Below, piece after piece: positions 47,801 through 60,960 of a stretch of DNA of 64,000 bases (position 1 is the first letter of the stretch; each line of letters begins with the position of its first letter). The notes beneath the pieces are model-generated. The model searched no databases. It was not told the origin of the DNA and saw nothing but the letters and a program-made list of their open reading frames with translations. Origin of the DNA: Hydrolagus affinis (Eukaryota); contig JAAILG010000909.1 in NCBI GenBank assembly GCA_012026655.1, positions 1 to 64,000 on the forward strand, given 5' to 3'. A program made the position numbers and the translations under genes.

Positions 47801-50800
47801 ATTATAAAGGGACACTGGATACACAGCTGAACAGTAAAAAGCAATACCAAATCATATGGTTTGAATGAAGAAGACCCTTCAGTGCATCTGAGCTCATCCC
47901 CCCCCTACTGTTCTCCCATCACAGCATTGATCAATATTTTAAATGAGTCCAGCTTCTTGGTTTCAACCACCCTTCCTGGCAACAAGTTGCCATCCTTAAT
48001 TACACTCTGAGTAAAGAAATACTTCCTGCACTGAAATTGCCCTTTGCATGTCTAAACCTGTGACCTCTAGTTCTACTATATTGGCACCTCCAAAAATATT
48101 GCTCTAATCTAGATGTTCTTTTTCAATCCCAATAAAAATTGTATGCCCCTTTATGGTGTCCCCATTGAATCGTGTTTTCTCAAGATTGAAGACCCCTTAC
48201 TAGTCCATAGGGTACATTGCTCACAATTAAAGAGATACAGGGATAAAGTTGCATTTGATAGACAAAGAAAAGGTCACAGAAAAAACAGGCAGAAGTACAG
48301 ACACAATGGGACAAATGGCCACCATTTGTGCAGAAAACGTTTAAGCATTCTGACATTCTACCATGCAATGCAAATTGTTGTAGATTTGAGGCTATTTCGT
48401 GGGCAGGAAAAGATTGGAGGAAACTGGAAATGTCAAGCAGTGCAGTTTTAGTTGGTTTAACTGCAGCAGTATTCTAACACACATTCTGGGGTCCTGCAGC
48501 CTTGGCTCTTGACAATCTGCACCTAATACAATCTGGGGTTAAAGTGAGTTGGATGTGTCCCTCTGGGGAGAGAATGCACATTTCATTCCAGACAAAGGGA
48601 ACATAAGAATTGTCTGAAACTATACATTCCATCTCAAGATATTATTTCCTAAAATATTGAGCATATGTGGAACATTCAGTTATGTGACTTGGATACTGTT
48701 ATGCATGGAGATGGATTTCCAAGTATGCAGATGATAATAAGTCTTGGATTTGATACAGCGCATTACCACGTCTTCGAGTCATCTTAAAGCGCTTCACAGA
48801 ATATATTGGAAAGTGAATTGACTGTGTATTTTGTGGGTGAAACACGACAGCCAATTGTGCACAGTAGTGTCCCACAAATAGTCGTGGATTGAGTGACCAA
48901 ATTATTATTAGTTTCTATATCTGGTTCTACTTAAAAAAAAAAACAGCACAGAAGGAGTCATGTGGACAACTGCTCCACTGGAGCTGAATCCATGAAATAT
49001 TTTGAGCATCTCAGTCACTGATACTTACGGCAGAATCCGTGATATTAAAAAGTACCACAATGGTAGATCATGCCAACATATGTAACTGGGTCTAAGGCAC
49101 TCATTTTACATGAAGGAATTAATATCTTGTTCAAGAAAAAGGCACAAAGGACACATTTGATTTTATAAAACTTTTATTCCAAAGAGCTTCAAACATTATA
49201 TGATATTAAAAAGGCTCTAATTCTAAACTGTTCAATAATGAAGTGAAGTTGCATTTACGACTGGTTTAAACATTAAAGTTCACTTCTGGGTATCATAAAA
49301 ACATAAAGATTAGAACAGGAATAGACCTTGTTGAGCCTGTTGAAGCATTTTATTGGATCATGGTTGATCTGCAATTTAATACCATTTCCTTGCCTTTCAC
49401 AATTTCTCTTCATACCTCAGCCTACCAAATATTCATCTGTTTTCCCTATAAAACACACAGTCACATCACTGTATAATATATCCTGGGAAGCACTTTGAGT
49501 CATCCTCCTGAAGTGAAATGTAAGAAATACTGTTGTTATTAAAGTGACATTATTAATGGGATGTGAATAGAGGGGTCATATTGTGTAAAGCAAATATGGG
49601 TACATGTACAAAAAGACTTGAACTCACCACCATTCCTGATGCTACTTGTTGAATTATTGGCTGTATTTCTCCGTCTTAGAATTCTATTGATCTTGCTCAG
49701 CTTGTTGCTGAACTCAAGACAGGGCAAATTTAGCCCTAGGGAAACAAGACTTCATCCTGACAAAGGGATTAAGGGATATGGGGTGGGTAGATGGAGTTAG
49801 ATTACAATATCAGCCATAATCTTATTGAATGGCGGGGCAGGCTTGAGGGGCCAAATGGCCTTCACCCGCTCCTAACTCTTATGTTCTTATCCTGGGTACT
49901 GTCCATGGAAATTTGGGACATATGGTCACCCTCATATGAACAAATCTAACATTTATAAATAAATAGCCCTTGAACTAGATGGTTGATAGGATTGAAAGTC
50001 TCAACCTTCTATGAAATTATGTACCCACTCTTTTTGTTTACAGCTGCAGGCGTAACAGTCGGTGGAACTTTGGGAGGCATCCGCAGTAGAGAGATGACTT
50101 GTACATGCTCTTCTCTCAGCCATTTTATCATAACGTTACCTGACATTCTCTTTTTGCTCCCGGTTTGGAATGGGAGAGAAATACCGGAATATAACAACTG
50201 TATGCACCTCATCAACCAAACAAAGGACCCACTGGGACAGCTATGTGTAACAGTGACCGTTGTTGCAATCCTGCCTGACTTTATCTAAACTATTGGAGAA
50301 ATACACTGCACTACCCTTGAGTTCAGAAGGTCCTGCCCCCTGGGATCAATTCGAAAGTACAGCAACTATGAACTTGGATTGATATATCCTACACACCAGG
50401 TGAACCTTGTGGAATATGTTGAACTTTGAAGACTAATCAGGAGAGCTACGCTTCGGTTATCTAACTGTACACTCTTATGTTTCCTCCTACATTACCGCTG
50501 TTGTATTTTAAATTTCCTTCACCCAAAAGCATTTTCTCCATGGCTTGCTGTAATCCCTTTGTCATTTTTATTTTTCTCTCTTTTTCTTCTTTATCCAGCT
50601 CTTCCCATCAATTGAGAGAAAAGGGAGTAAGTGTGGAAGAATCATCTGCGGAGCAATAAAAACAGATTCTTCTTAATCGTCTTTGGACAGCGAATGTGTT
50701 TGCTGAAATAATGCTTTGAGAGAATTATGATGCTGTTGGAAATGATTCAGGACTGATTACATACCAGGAATATTTACACATAATTTAAAGCACTTATATA

Positions 50801-51620
50801 CAAGCTATTAGAAAGCAATTATACAGTGCAATGGTAATAGCTGAGGCTTATATATGAAGTATCAAAATGTGGCTTAATACTCACCAGAATCCATGAAGTC
50901 TAGTTATTGTTCCTCCAGTAAAATATGGTTGAAGATTTCATAGGATCATAGAATTATACAGCACAGAAGGAAGCCATTCGGCCCATCGCCTCTGTTCCTT
51001 CACCCAGTTTAAGATTCTATAATCTATCTTACAAAATCTATCCCAAAATGCATTATTTAACATTTCTCCACATTAAACTTCATCTGTCACATGTCTGCCC
51101 ATTTTACCAGTCTGTCTATGTCATGTATACTTGATACATACATCGAGGAGGAGGGAATCATGGGGATTAGAAAGGGTGGATGCTCACATGGAGTATTTCT
51201 TCCACTTGTGTTGTTCATCTTGAAAGAAACATTGCTCTCTGGTACGAAGAATTTTCTGCTTAACTGTATGTTACAATTTGCTCAAATGGTTCTGATAATC
51301 TTCAGCAGTAGGTATGTAGGTAGGTATGTACGTACATCGGTAGATGGGAAGATAAGTGTATGTCTGTGTGTGTATATGAACACATGGGTATGTATATATG
51401 TATTCATGGCTTAGTTCATATTTACACCAATCATTGACAGATCTTATCTGGCAGGAATTTATTTCTCAATCCTGACAAAAGGGTTATAAGTTTATGAACT
51501 GTTCACCAAGAATGTTTCAGGATACTTGATACATACATGAAGGAGAAGGGAATTGAGGGGATTAGGAAGTGTGGAGTATAAACTCCACAGAGTATAAACA
51601 CAGGCACAGGGTAGTTAATG

Positions 51621-52362
51621 CAGTAGAAGCCTATTTATCCATGACTCGATGCACCGGCACGTCCGTATAAACGGCACGCCAAAAAAAAAGTCCCCATTCG
51701 ATAAACTGGAATTTATCCAGAACTATAGTATTAGAGCATTTGTAAATGCATAAATAATAACATAATAACAGAATATTGTATTGGCACTCACCGTCAAAAC
51801 CACTCTCCTGTGCCCCCCCCACCACCCCCGCTGGTAGATGCTGTGCTTGAAGCCATGATGCTGTCATTGAGGTTTACAGTCCAGCGACTCTCCCCAAAAT
51901 GGAACATGCCAAGTGGGTGAAAAAAGTGGAGCCGTTACCGGCTTCAAAGTCATACTAGCGGCAAGCGGATAATGCTAGCCAATAACCCACATTGTCGCGC
52001 TGGTGCAATATTTTGGTTTGCTGCTAGTAGAGTCTAGGGCTTTGGCTTGCAGCTAGTAAAGTCGAGTGACTTTAAAATCACACTGCCACCTCCCTCACCC
52101 GCCTGGCGTCCCCATTCAAAAAAGAATCGCTGGACCGCAAACTCCAACCAGTAAAGGTGAGAAGCGCAAGAGAGCAGCCTCAACAACAAGCAGCAACACA
52201 ATACTCTGCCACTATCTGTTATTAATTGTGTATGGTGTGTGTTAAAAGAACTTTTAATTTTTTTGTAGTGGGTTTTCGGCTGCGGGCCGCCCGATTATCC
52301 GGCAGGCGCTTTAACCGGCATTGGCCAGGTCCCGCGGGTGCCGGATAAATGGGCTTCTACTG
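51621..52362. mobile_element. Non-autonomous pogo/Tigger-like DNA transposon (MITE), 742 bp
   Basis: TIRs cagtagaagcctatttatcc / ggataaatgggcttctactg, TA on the right and TG on the left; CpG-rich interior. Confidence 0.75.
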
Positions 52363-53367
52363 TATTAACAATAATCCTTGCATTTGTTTTTGTTTGTTCA
52401 GCCAGGTATCTCACATATCTGGAAATTCAACAAAATGTAACTTTTAGACTATTTGATGCAGCACCTTTCACATTGGGAGGACGTCTCAAAGAGCTTCACA
52501 GGATTTCCTGGACAGTGATTTCCTGGACTGTATCTTGTAGGCGAACATAGAAGTCTGACTGATTGGACCGAATAGCTTGTTTCTGTATCATTCTATGTAA
52601 CTATGTAATTCTTTGCTTGGAACCAATGAAGTGCATGGATTTTTAGCCTAGTTGATGACTTCAAAGTCCTGAAGAGGGATTGACCTTGACTCAGGGGAAA
52701 GAGTGCTACAAATTGAGCTAGGGTGACACCTGATGGACAGTCGTATAGCTCCCAAACACCCCCCCCCACCCCCACCCACCCCCAGCCCCGGACCTGGGAG
52801 TTTGTGGGGGAGGAACGTGTTCTGATGTTGTGAAGGGAGCGCAAGAGCATGCTCAGTCTTCCCGCATCATCCCTCCTGCAAAGGAAAGCAGGAGAGATAT
52901 TTGTAACAACATCTTGGTTTTGTAGAAGTTCCCTCGTGCAGAGTAGCGTCCCACTGCCAGATGCTAACCTGCATGAAGGGTGTTATGTAAATTCAAGTTA
53001 TTGTTGTTGTTAAAAGCTCCAAATACCATCCCACTGAAACTATTTGGGATAGCTTTATTTGCTTACAAATTCAGTCACTAAATAGAATTATTACCCCCGG
53101 AAAAGCGATCGCCAATCGACTTATCAATATTATTGTTTTGTTTTTCTGGAAGGGCTTTATTATCGCTCCAATAATGTCCAGACCTCAGTATTTCTTCCCT
53201 CAAACCCACAAACTACTGCAGTATATACATGGTAACTTTGCAGAGACATTATCTGTAGATTGCAGCACAGAAAAGAAAGTACAGATGTTCTTGTTGTGTC
53301 TGAGTACTGTACCTTTGTGAATCTGTCATTAGTAACAATCAGAGCAGAGTTGAAACGTTTGCCTTAC

Positions 53368-53409
53368 CTGATACTGATGATTACGCCTCAGATTGTTAGC
53401 TGCACGTCT
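53368..53409 (-). CDS. TRPC4: TRPC4 42-nt exon (CIRB region; RRAANNLRRNHQYQ)
   Basis: Resembles mammalian RRAADNLRRHHQYQ; aag/gtaag boundaries. Confidence 0.92.
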
Positions 53410-53599
53410 CTTTAAAGAAAAATCAAAATTGAGAAAAATCAGCAAAGAAAAGTGCTTTGCAAAAGCAAATAATTTGAGAGCACTTACAATACTGTACTAA
53501 GATCTGGAGAAACTTCCGATCACCTGCATTAACGCAAACAATATAACAGTCTATGGAAGTGCATGAAACACGTATTTATCACATAAGTGAACTTCCTAC

Positions 53600-53806
53600 C
53601 CCGAGGCACCCAAGACTTTCAGGTTTTTTCCGCTCTTGCTTGCAGAACGTTTTGGGGCAGAGATGCCTCCGTAGCCATTTCAATAAATACCAGGCAGACT
53701 TTGGGCTCGCAATGATGTTGAAGGGAGTTGGGAGAGTGCCGCCCTCTTCAAAATAACTCATCCAAAGCTTGGTTCTCGCAAATTTCCATTCAATATCTGA
53801 GTGGTC
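53600..53806 (-). CDS. TRPC4: TRPC4 exon (TRP box EWKFAR; [32 protein letters not shown]...ESLGCLG)
   Basis: TRP box and proline-rich LPTPFN; cag/gtagg boundaries; 207 nt. Confidence 0.93.
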
Positions 53807-54088
53807 CTGTAAAAATGAACCACATTGGCAACAGTGACGCATGCAAGCCATCTCTATCTACATCATTATGTGTGAATTTTAATCTTCTGTAGAAAATTAT
53901 ATATTTTGAGGACTATGAATGAATTCCACTCTCACATTTTCAAAAGCAGCAAATTCAAAATATGTTTGGTATAGCCTTGGCTCACAGCAGGATCCTGTGT
54001 CTGATTAGGCTGTTATAATCACTTTGGGACGTCCTTCCGAACGTGAAAGGCACTCTATCGATGTAATTTTGTTGTTGTTGTTTAATCA

Positions 54089-54316
<228 letters not shown>

Positions 54317-55323
54317 TTAAGTAAATTGAATGCTTAATGTATATAATTTAGTTCAATAATTGTAAAACAATTTTGGTTAGCTGGGTGACTCACGCATGTG
54401 TAAACCCATCACCATGCTTAAGAATATCCAAACCAGACTGAACTTTCGCCATTCTGTATCTACACATGGAAATTTCCCTGTTTCTGGAAAGGAATACTCT
54501 GCGTCAGAATGGCTGAAGGCTTGCCTGCCGATGGTGGGGCGGATGAGGCAAGGGATGTGAAGCAGGCCGGAGCTCACTGAGAGGAGAGAGCGGACAGCTT
54601 GGTAGGGGTCTAGGAGATTATAAAGGTAGGGGAAAAGCAAGGCTTGACAATGAGGACAAGGATCTTGAACTGTATCTTGGGAGAATCTACTTCTCCCTTG
54701 AAAGCTTTTATGGAAACGGCTTCCACCACCCTTTCCAGCAGTGCATTCCAGATCCAAACAATTCACTGGATGAAAGTTTCTGCTGGTATTTACCAGCTAA
54801 TACCACATAGCTTGCCATTGAGAAGCTGGCACTATTTGTCCAGCTAGGACCAGCCTACCCATTAAAACTTTGAATTGCATAGTTAAATAGCCAAGTGGAA
54901 AAATCTTGCCCTCAGTCTGCTCTTCTAAGTCCTGCCAATGAGTCAAACTATTATCAGCAGTGTCTTGAATTTTTGTACTCTGCCTGGCTTAGGAACTGGA
55001 CTACCAAATGATTGACTTGATATTTCATACTCAACAGCATTTCCTTAGTATTGACTCATCTCCAAGACGACCCCACTTACCTCCACTCCCCCTTCCCCAC
55101 CGCCCCCCAAAAATGATAGATCTTTGCCTTTATATCAATCTCTCTAAGTTTCATCGCTCACACAATTTTCATTTTGGAACTAAATTGATGCATTGTTTTC
55201 TCAGTGTTGGATCATGAAGCATTTCATTACACTGTTTCTGGCCCTGAATAAATCCTGCTAGAACAGAGCTTCTCTTATACTTCAGAGACCGCATTGTGAT
55301 TTATTATAAAACAAAGTACTTAC

Positions 55324-55646
55324 GTTGAAAAGGCATTGTTCTGTTTCTCACATCTGATCCCCTTGCAGTTATTCGGTTCCTCTGATGCGTTTGTCTCATA
55401 GTAGAAGTACAACTGATTGAGGCCATTTGCAAAAGCCAGCAGCACCAGGCAATAAATGAACAAGAACTTTAGAATGTCCAGAAGCATCCGACCGAGAGAT
55501 ATCTGCAGTGGCCCCAGATGAGAGTTGGCGGTGAACAGTGAGATCAGGCGAAGGGAGCTGAAGATGTTTGCAATGGCAAACAGTGCCTCAGCGACCAAAG
55601 TGGGATGCCACATTTCCCATTCCTCACGCTGCCGAGATCCACTGTA
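55324..55646 (-). CDS. TRPC4: TRPC4 exon (S4-S5 and pore turret; [34 protein letters not shown]...[14 protein letters not shown])
   Basis: Within ORF 55320-55682; aag/gtaag boundaries; 323 nt; turret cysteine pair CKGIRC. Confidence 0.93.
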
Positions 55647-57521
55647 CTTTAAGCAAAATAACAACATCAGTACGAAGCACACTCACAAGACCGCAAGCCA
55701 TTGGTTTGGCTGAAGAAGGGCCTTCGGCCCATCCAGTGTCCTGAACTCAACCCATTCTTTCTGGAAACCAATTCCTGGCGTTAACTTATTGTTTTCATAT
55801 TTTTTTTTCTCATGAATGAGCTAAAGAAAGAAAAAGGGGTTTATATCGTGCCTTATCCACCTGTCAAAACATCTTAAATGCGCTCAAATGCTCAAATCCG
55901 TCCGGTGTGGAGGGGGCTACAGTATATAAATCGAAGTTGTTGTTGTAGTAATTATTATCAAATGGAGTGCCTGTGTTTTTGTGGGTAATCATGTCAGCCA
56001 TTTTGCACAAAGCAAGGTCCCGTGGAGAGGCCGGAGATGGAGAGTCATTTATTAGGAGAAATGTTAGCTAGGTCACTGGGACAAATTTATGTGTCTTTTC
56101 AAATAGTCATGCAAGTCTTTAATGTTCACTTAAAGATAACGCAGCTATGACCTTGGTCTAATAATTCATTCAAAAACCTTCCTGTTAAACTGTTTCAGTC
56201 ATTAATTCCCCTCTGATTAAAGTAGGAAATTGTGGTGGTCCTTGTCTATCCTGAATCTGTGCTCTCTTTTCTGCCACCGTCATATTTGAATAATATCAAT
56301 AATAATGCATGCAATTGATATAGCACCTGATCGCGTCTTTGATACATCTCAAAGGATATACTGTATGTATGGTTCTAGCTTTATTTTCTCAATCCTATTT
56401 AAATCCAATTTATCTACCTCCATAAGATTCCCTCTATAAATACATCTCCTTTCAAGACTAAAGAGATATAACTTTTTCTAATCACTGCTCATTCCTCTAA
56501 CATTGGAGGTCATCTTTGTTGCTCTCCTCTCCACTGCCTCTTAGGTTTGGTTATGTCAGGGTAACCAGAATTGTATCTGAAGTGTTCCAGGTCCTGCCTG
56601 AGCAGAGAATAACTTGGGAATTACATCTTGGGAGCTGAACTCAATGGATTTAGCAACATAGCCCAGTGTCCTGTTTGCCTTGTTTATTGCTGCTTCACAC
56701 TGTTTTGACATAGTGAGCGATGAATCATCTAACAGCCCTACATTTCTTTCAGATGTCCCCTTGGCAAGGAAAAATTCCATTATTATTTGCACAGGAAAAG
56801 AAACTACCACTTTGCTTTACACATCATAAAATGACTATTTCAAATTCCATTTTTAAAAGCAACTCTATTTCCCCTGTGGACGATGTAATATTAATTGCAA
56901 ACATAAAAGTGTCAGCATTTCCAAGTCATTAATTTTAAAATACACAAACAATTATTTCCATTATTCAATGAGTCCTATTCAATTATTGTTTTTGACAAGG
57001 TTATCAATTGTGCGTATTCGACGACATTTCACAGTGAAATCCCTTGAAGCACTTTGAGACTGCTCGACGATGTGATAGGGTGTTATATGAAATGCAATGA
57101 TTATTATTGTTATTTATCAAGCAGATAAAAACAGATCCAATTATTAGCTTTTGTCGTGATTTTAATGTTTCACAGCAGCTGCTCTGTAGCCGTCGGAAAA
57201 ATCATGTGTTGATGGGTCTTGTGTATCATAGATACTATTCTTAGCAATATTAAAATGAAAAAACTGAAACTTTTCTCATTGAAGGCATAATCACAAGTGG
57301 CGTGAAGATCATTTTGTTTTCAGCTGATGATGCGGAAGAGATGTGAAGGGCAATCGTTTTGTCAAACTCCTTGTTAATTACAGCTTTCTACAGTTGTAAC
57401 TTCAGATTTACATTAGCAGTAGCACTTATGTAACCCATAATAATAATACTTGTATTTGATGTACAGTCTGTAGCCTTCACAACTCTTGCGCAGCTATGCT
57501 CCATCACTATAGTGTCCCCAG

Positions 57522-57990
57522 AGGACACTACAGCCATCTGGACTCAACATAAATTTCAGCCATTTCAGGCTATAGGAGCTTTCCTCCCCCCACCTTTTTT
57601 TTCCCCCATCACAATCATAACTCCAGACACCCCTTGCCTCTCTGGTGTTTTGTTTTGTTCTATCACCACTAAACACCTCTTCTCCCCAGTTTCGTTTAAA
57701 CCCACCCCCTTCTGTTTCTACCCCTGAAGTCACATATTCAATCCATCAGTTAACACACTCTTTTTTTTCCTTTTCCTTTGTCTTCTTTCTCTCCTTTGTC
57801 TTCCATGTCCTGCCTTTCCAGCTTTAACGTCTTTAGAAACCTTTCCCTCCAAACAAGCCCCAGTTCTGACAAAGGATTGTAGACCCAAAACGTTGACTCC
57901 TTTTCCTTTCTCCATGGATGCTGCCTGACCTGCTGAGTTTCCCCAGCAACTTCTGTTTTTGTTTCAATTCCCAACATCTGTAGTATTTTG
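57522..57990 (+). mobile_element. Penelope-like retroelement 3' fragment with a degenerate hammerhead
   Basis: Frame at 57522 reads RTLQPSGLNINFSHFRL*, like the TLxPxGLN end of PLE GIY-YIG ORFs; then a pyrimidine-rich tract and CTGACAA...AAAACGTTGAC at 57866-57897. Confidence 0.7.
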
Positions 57991-58751
57991 TGTTCTGTGT
58001 CAATTTATCACTTGTTCACCAAACAAATTTGTGTTGAGATTTATTTCACCTTGAAAACCGGTTCAATCCATTGTTCAGGAATATAATCAGATGAAAAGTG
58101 GCTGATTTAAAAATAATTGCGACAAGTTGACATGGGTAACAAATTCCACCAGGGTGTAGATTTACACGATTTATGTAGTGTTTCAGAATGAGCAGAATTT
58201 GGCAAATTGTTTAATTCAGTCTTATCTTTGAAATTATATTTTCTGTATTTCTTAAAAAGTTACAGAAAATCATTGCTGCACATAAGAATTTGACAAATTC
58301 AGAATGGTCTAAAACTGAGCAGAGTAAAACCAGACCCAGGTGAAATTTCTCCCCTACAATGCTCAATTTTTCTTAATACATATTTTCCAGCAGCATTTGA
58401 AATAGTTTTCTCAAACCATTTTGCAATTTTGTTAGAACTGCAAATCTTTGTGGCTGTTGTGGGACATTGCTATACACAAATTGCCTGCCATGTTTGCCAA
58501 CAAAACATGCAGTACTACATTTTACAATATATCCTATGAAGCGCTTTGAGGTGTCCCCCTGAAGTATAAGGAATATTTTTGATTAATAAGGATTAATATT
58601 ATTATAAACCTGTCAGAGATTAATATCTTCATTTTGGTGTGGTTGTATTTCAGTGTATTGGAGGGGTGATACTTTGCTTACTTGTTGAGATGTTCAGGTT
58701 ATATCTAAACTCCGCGGGAGTGAGGACGTTCAGAAGAAGATTTATAATTAC

Positions 58752-58891
58752 CTTGATAAAAGCAACAATTTTAAGGGATATTGTTGCAAGATACAAAGAA
58801 TTCATTACAAAGTCCATGAGGTTCCACCAGTCGTGTATATAATCCTGAAGTCCACCATCCCACATTTGTTTTATTTCACCCCAAATAAAAC
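58752..58891 (-). CDS. TRPC4: TRPC4 exon (S2-S3; [47 protein letters not shown]); first TRPC4 exon in the window
   Basis: TRPC4-type residues ([15 protein letters not shown]); cag/gtaat boundaries; 140 nt. Confidence 0.93.
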
Positions 58892-60611
58892 CTGTTGACA
58901 AAGAAAAGAAAGACACTTCAGAATTTATATTCTCAAATATTTGTGGCAATGTATTGATGCACGTGCATTACGAAAAAGTTTTAAGAACAGTGAAAGCTTA
59001 CATTGTCATATATTTATTTCTGTGAGCAGGGTTTGCTACCAATGCAATGTTATGAACAGATCTCGTGTTCACTCTGTGATAGTAGGTAAACAGGAAGTGT
59101 CCCTCCAGAGAGGGCAATCCATTCTAATATACAAGTATTTCCACATGTTGGTGGGATGCATGGACCTCTGAGTTTGGTTTGGATATTCCGAACCATGGTG
59201 ATAGGTTTGCAAATGTGTCTTTCAATTGTGTTAAATTTGAGCCAAAACAGTTAACAAAACATGAAGCAAATCAAATCTGTATTAACCTATTGCAGTGGGT
59301 CACAATATTGTAAGAAGCTATAGTACTTTAGGTTTGAAATTTCATCTAGGTTTAGCCTGTAAGACCAATTCACTTTAAATATATTAGAAATATTATTACT
59401 GTATCATTATTATAAGATGTTTTTATTAAGAACTGTGGAAAGGTGTCTTCCAGATTAAGATTGAACGGATGAACTCTCCATAATTTGATGTCAATTTCAA
59501 GACAAAATATGGCATTCAAATTGAGTCTTGGGGAAATTTTGTGCCTATTGTGCTTCGAAATTGATTTAAAAAATCCTAAAATCTCTTTTCAAGGGAAAAG
59601 CACAAACATCAATATCATATGTTTCTAAGCTCAGTTATGTAGGAAACATTTGGTTAAACATCATTTATTGCTCAAGTCAAATTACTGTATTATTGACCTG
59701 GCTTATTACAATACTGTAGTCCTATTTTCTGATGACGATGATGTTATTATTATTATCTTCGTATCAGGGTGAGGTTCCCCCATATACCAGTTGTCAGCCA
59801 TTAGATCTGCAGATTGATAAATGTGAACTATGTGCCTTCAATTGTGACTTCTGAACATTTCTGGAACTTCAAGCATTCGGTAAGGAACTGAGGAAGTTAA
59901 GAGGAGAGAGGTGTAATGGGTGCAATGACCTACAAAAGTTGTAATTTAAAATGCAATTACAGATGTTCAGGCATGAACACAAGGGTTCAAATCACTTCAA
60001 ACTTCCACGAACCCTGATGGTGTAATGGTGCGAATTGAAGTTTACATACCATGAGTGGTTCAAATCCCACTTCAGAATTTATTTAATAAGAAATGTGATG
60101 CACAGTTGAGAAAGGTAGGGGTGGGAGTGGGCTGATTTGGATCATAAGCACCAACACAGCCTAGTTTGGCTGAATGGTCTATATTGATTTGAAACACTGC
60201 ACTGTCCTGCATCCTCTTTACTTAATCACTTATAACAAAAAAATTCACTTATATAGCGCCCTCCATGCTGGGTAGTGTCTCACAGCGCTTAATAGTGTCG
60301 GAGCCTGTCTCTGACCCGGGGGTGGGTGGAGGAAGGTGGCCGTAAGCACTAAGAGAAAAGTTTTTGAGGGATATTTGGAAAAGGGCAGAGGGATTGAGGA
60401 AGGGATTGAGGAAGAGTGTTCCAGAGTTTTGGGGTTTAGTGGCTGAAAAAGCGACCTCTGGTGGTGGGGTAGGTGGCCGGTTCCAATTGAGCAGAGGCTT
60501 TGGATGGTGGAATGGGGAATGAGAAAGTGGGAGATGTAAGGAGGGTGCCAGGGAGTGGGTGGATTTGTAACATTGTATTCTGTAGGATAGACAGCAGATG
60601 CACAACCTAAG

Positions 60612-60960
60612 TCCTGCAGCTCAATGCTTGGAACATTTGCCTCACATTTGAGATGACTTGGGTTTGATTTCTGGGCTGGGTGAAACTTTGGACAAGTTTC
60701 CTTACTCGACACCCCTCTGTTTACCAAGCAGTAAGTAGGAATCAGTCATGAAATGTTTCTGATTAATGACAAGGATTATCTAATAATAATAATTGTTAGT
60801 CAATTGGCGGATCGTTCATCCGGGGGACACTGCTGCGCGCAATTGGTTGCCGCGTTTCGCCCACAAAACATACAGTTGATTCGCTTCACAGTCTATTCTG
60901 TGATCTGCTTTGAGATGTCTCAAAGATGTGATAATGCATTATATCAAAATGCAAGGATGA
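60612..60960 (+). mobile_element. Longer, older variant of the SINE with an extra central segment (cctctgtttaccaagcagtaagtaggga); partial minus-strand copy at 31927-32085
   Basis: Degenerate tRNA head, extra segment, then the same core and tail. Confidence 0.65.
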
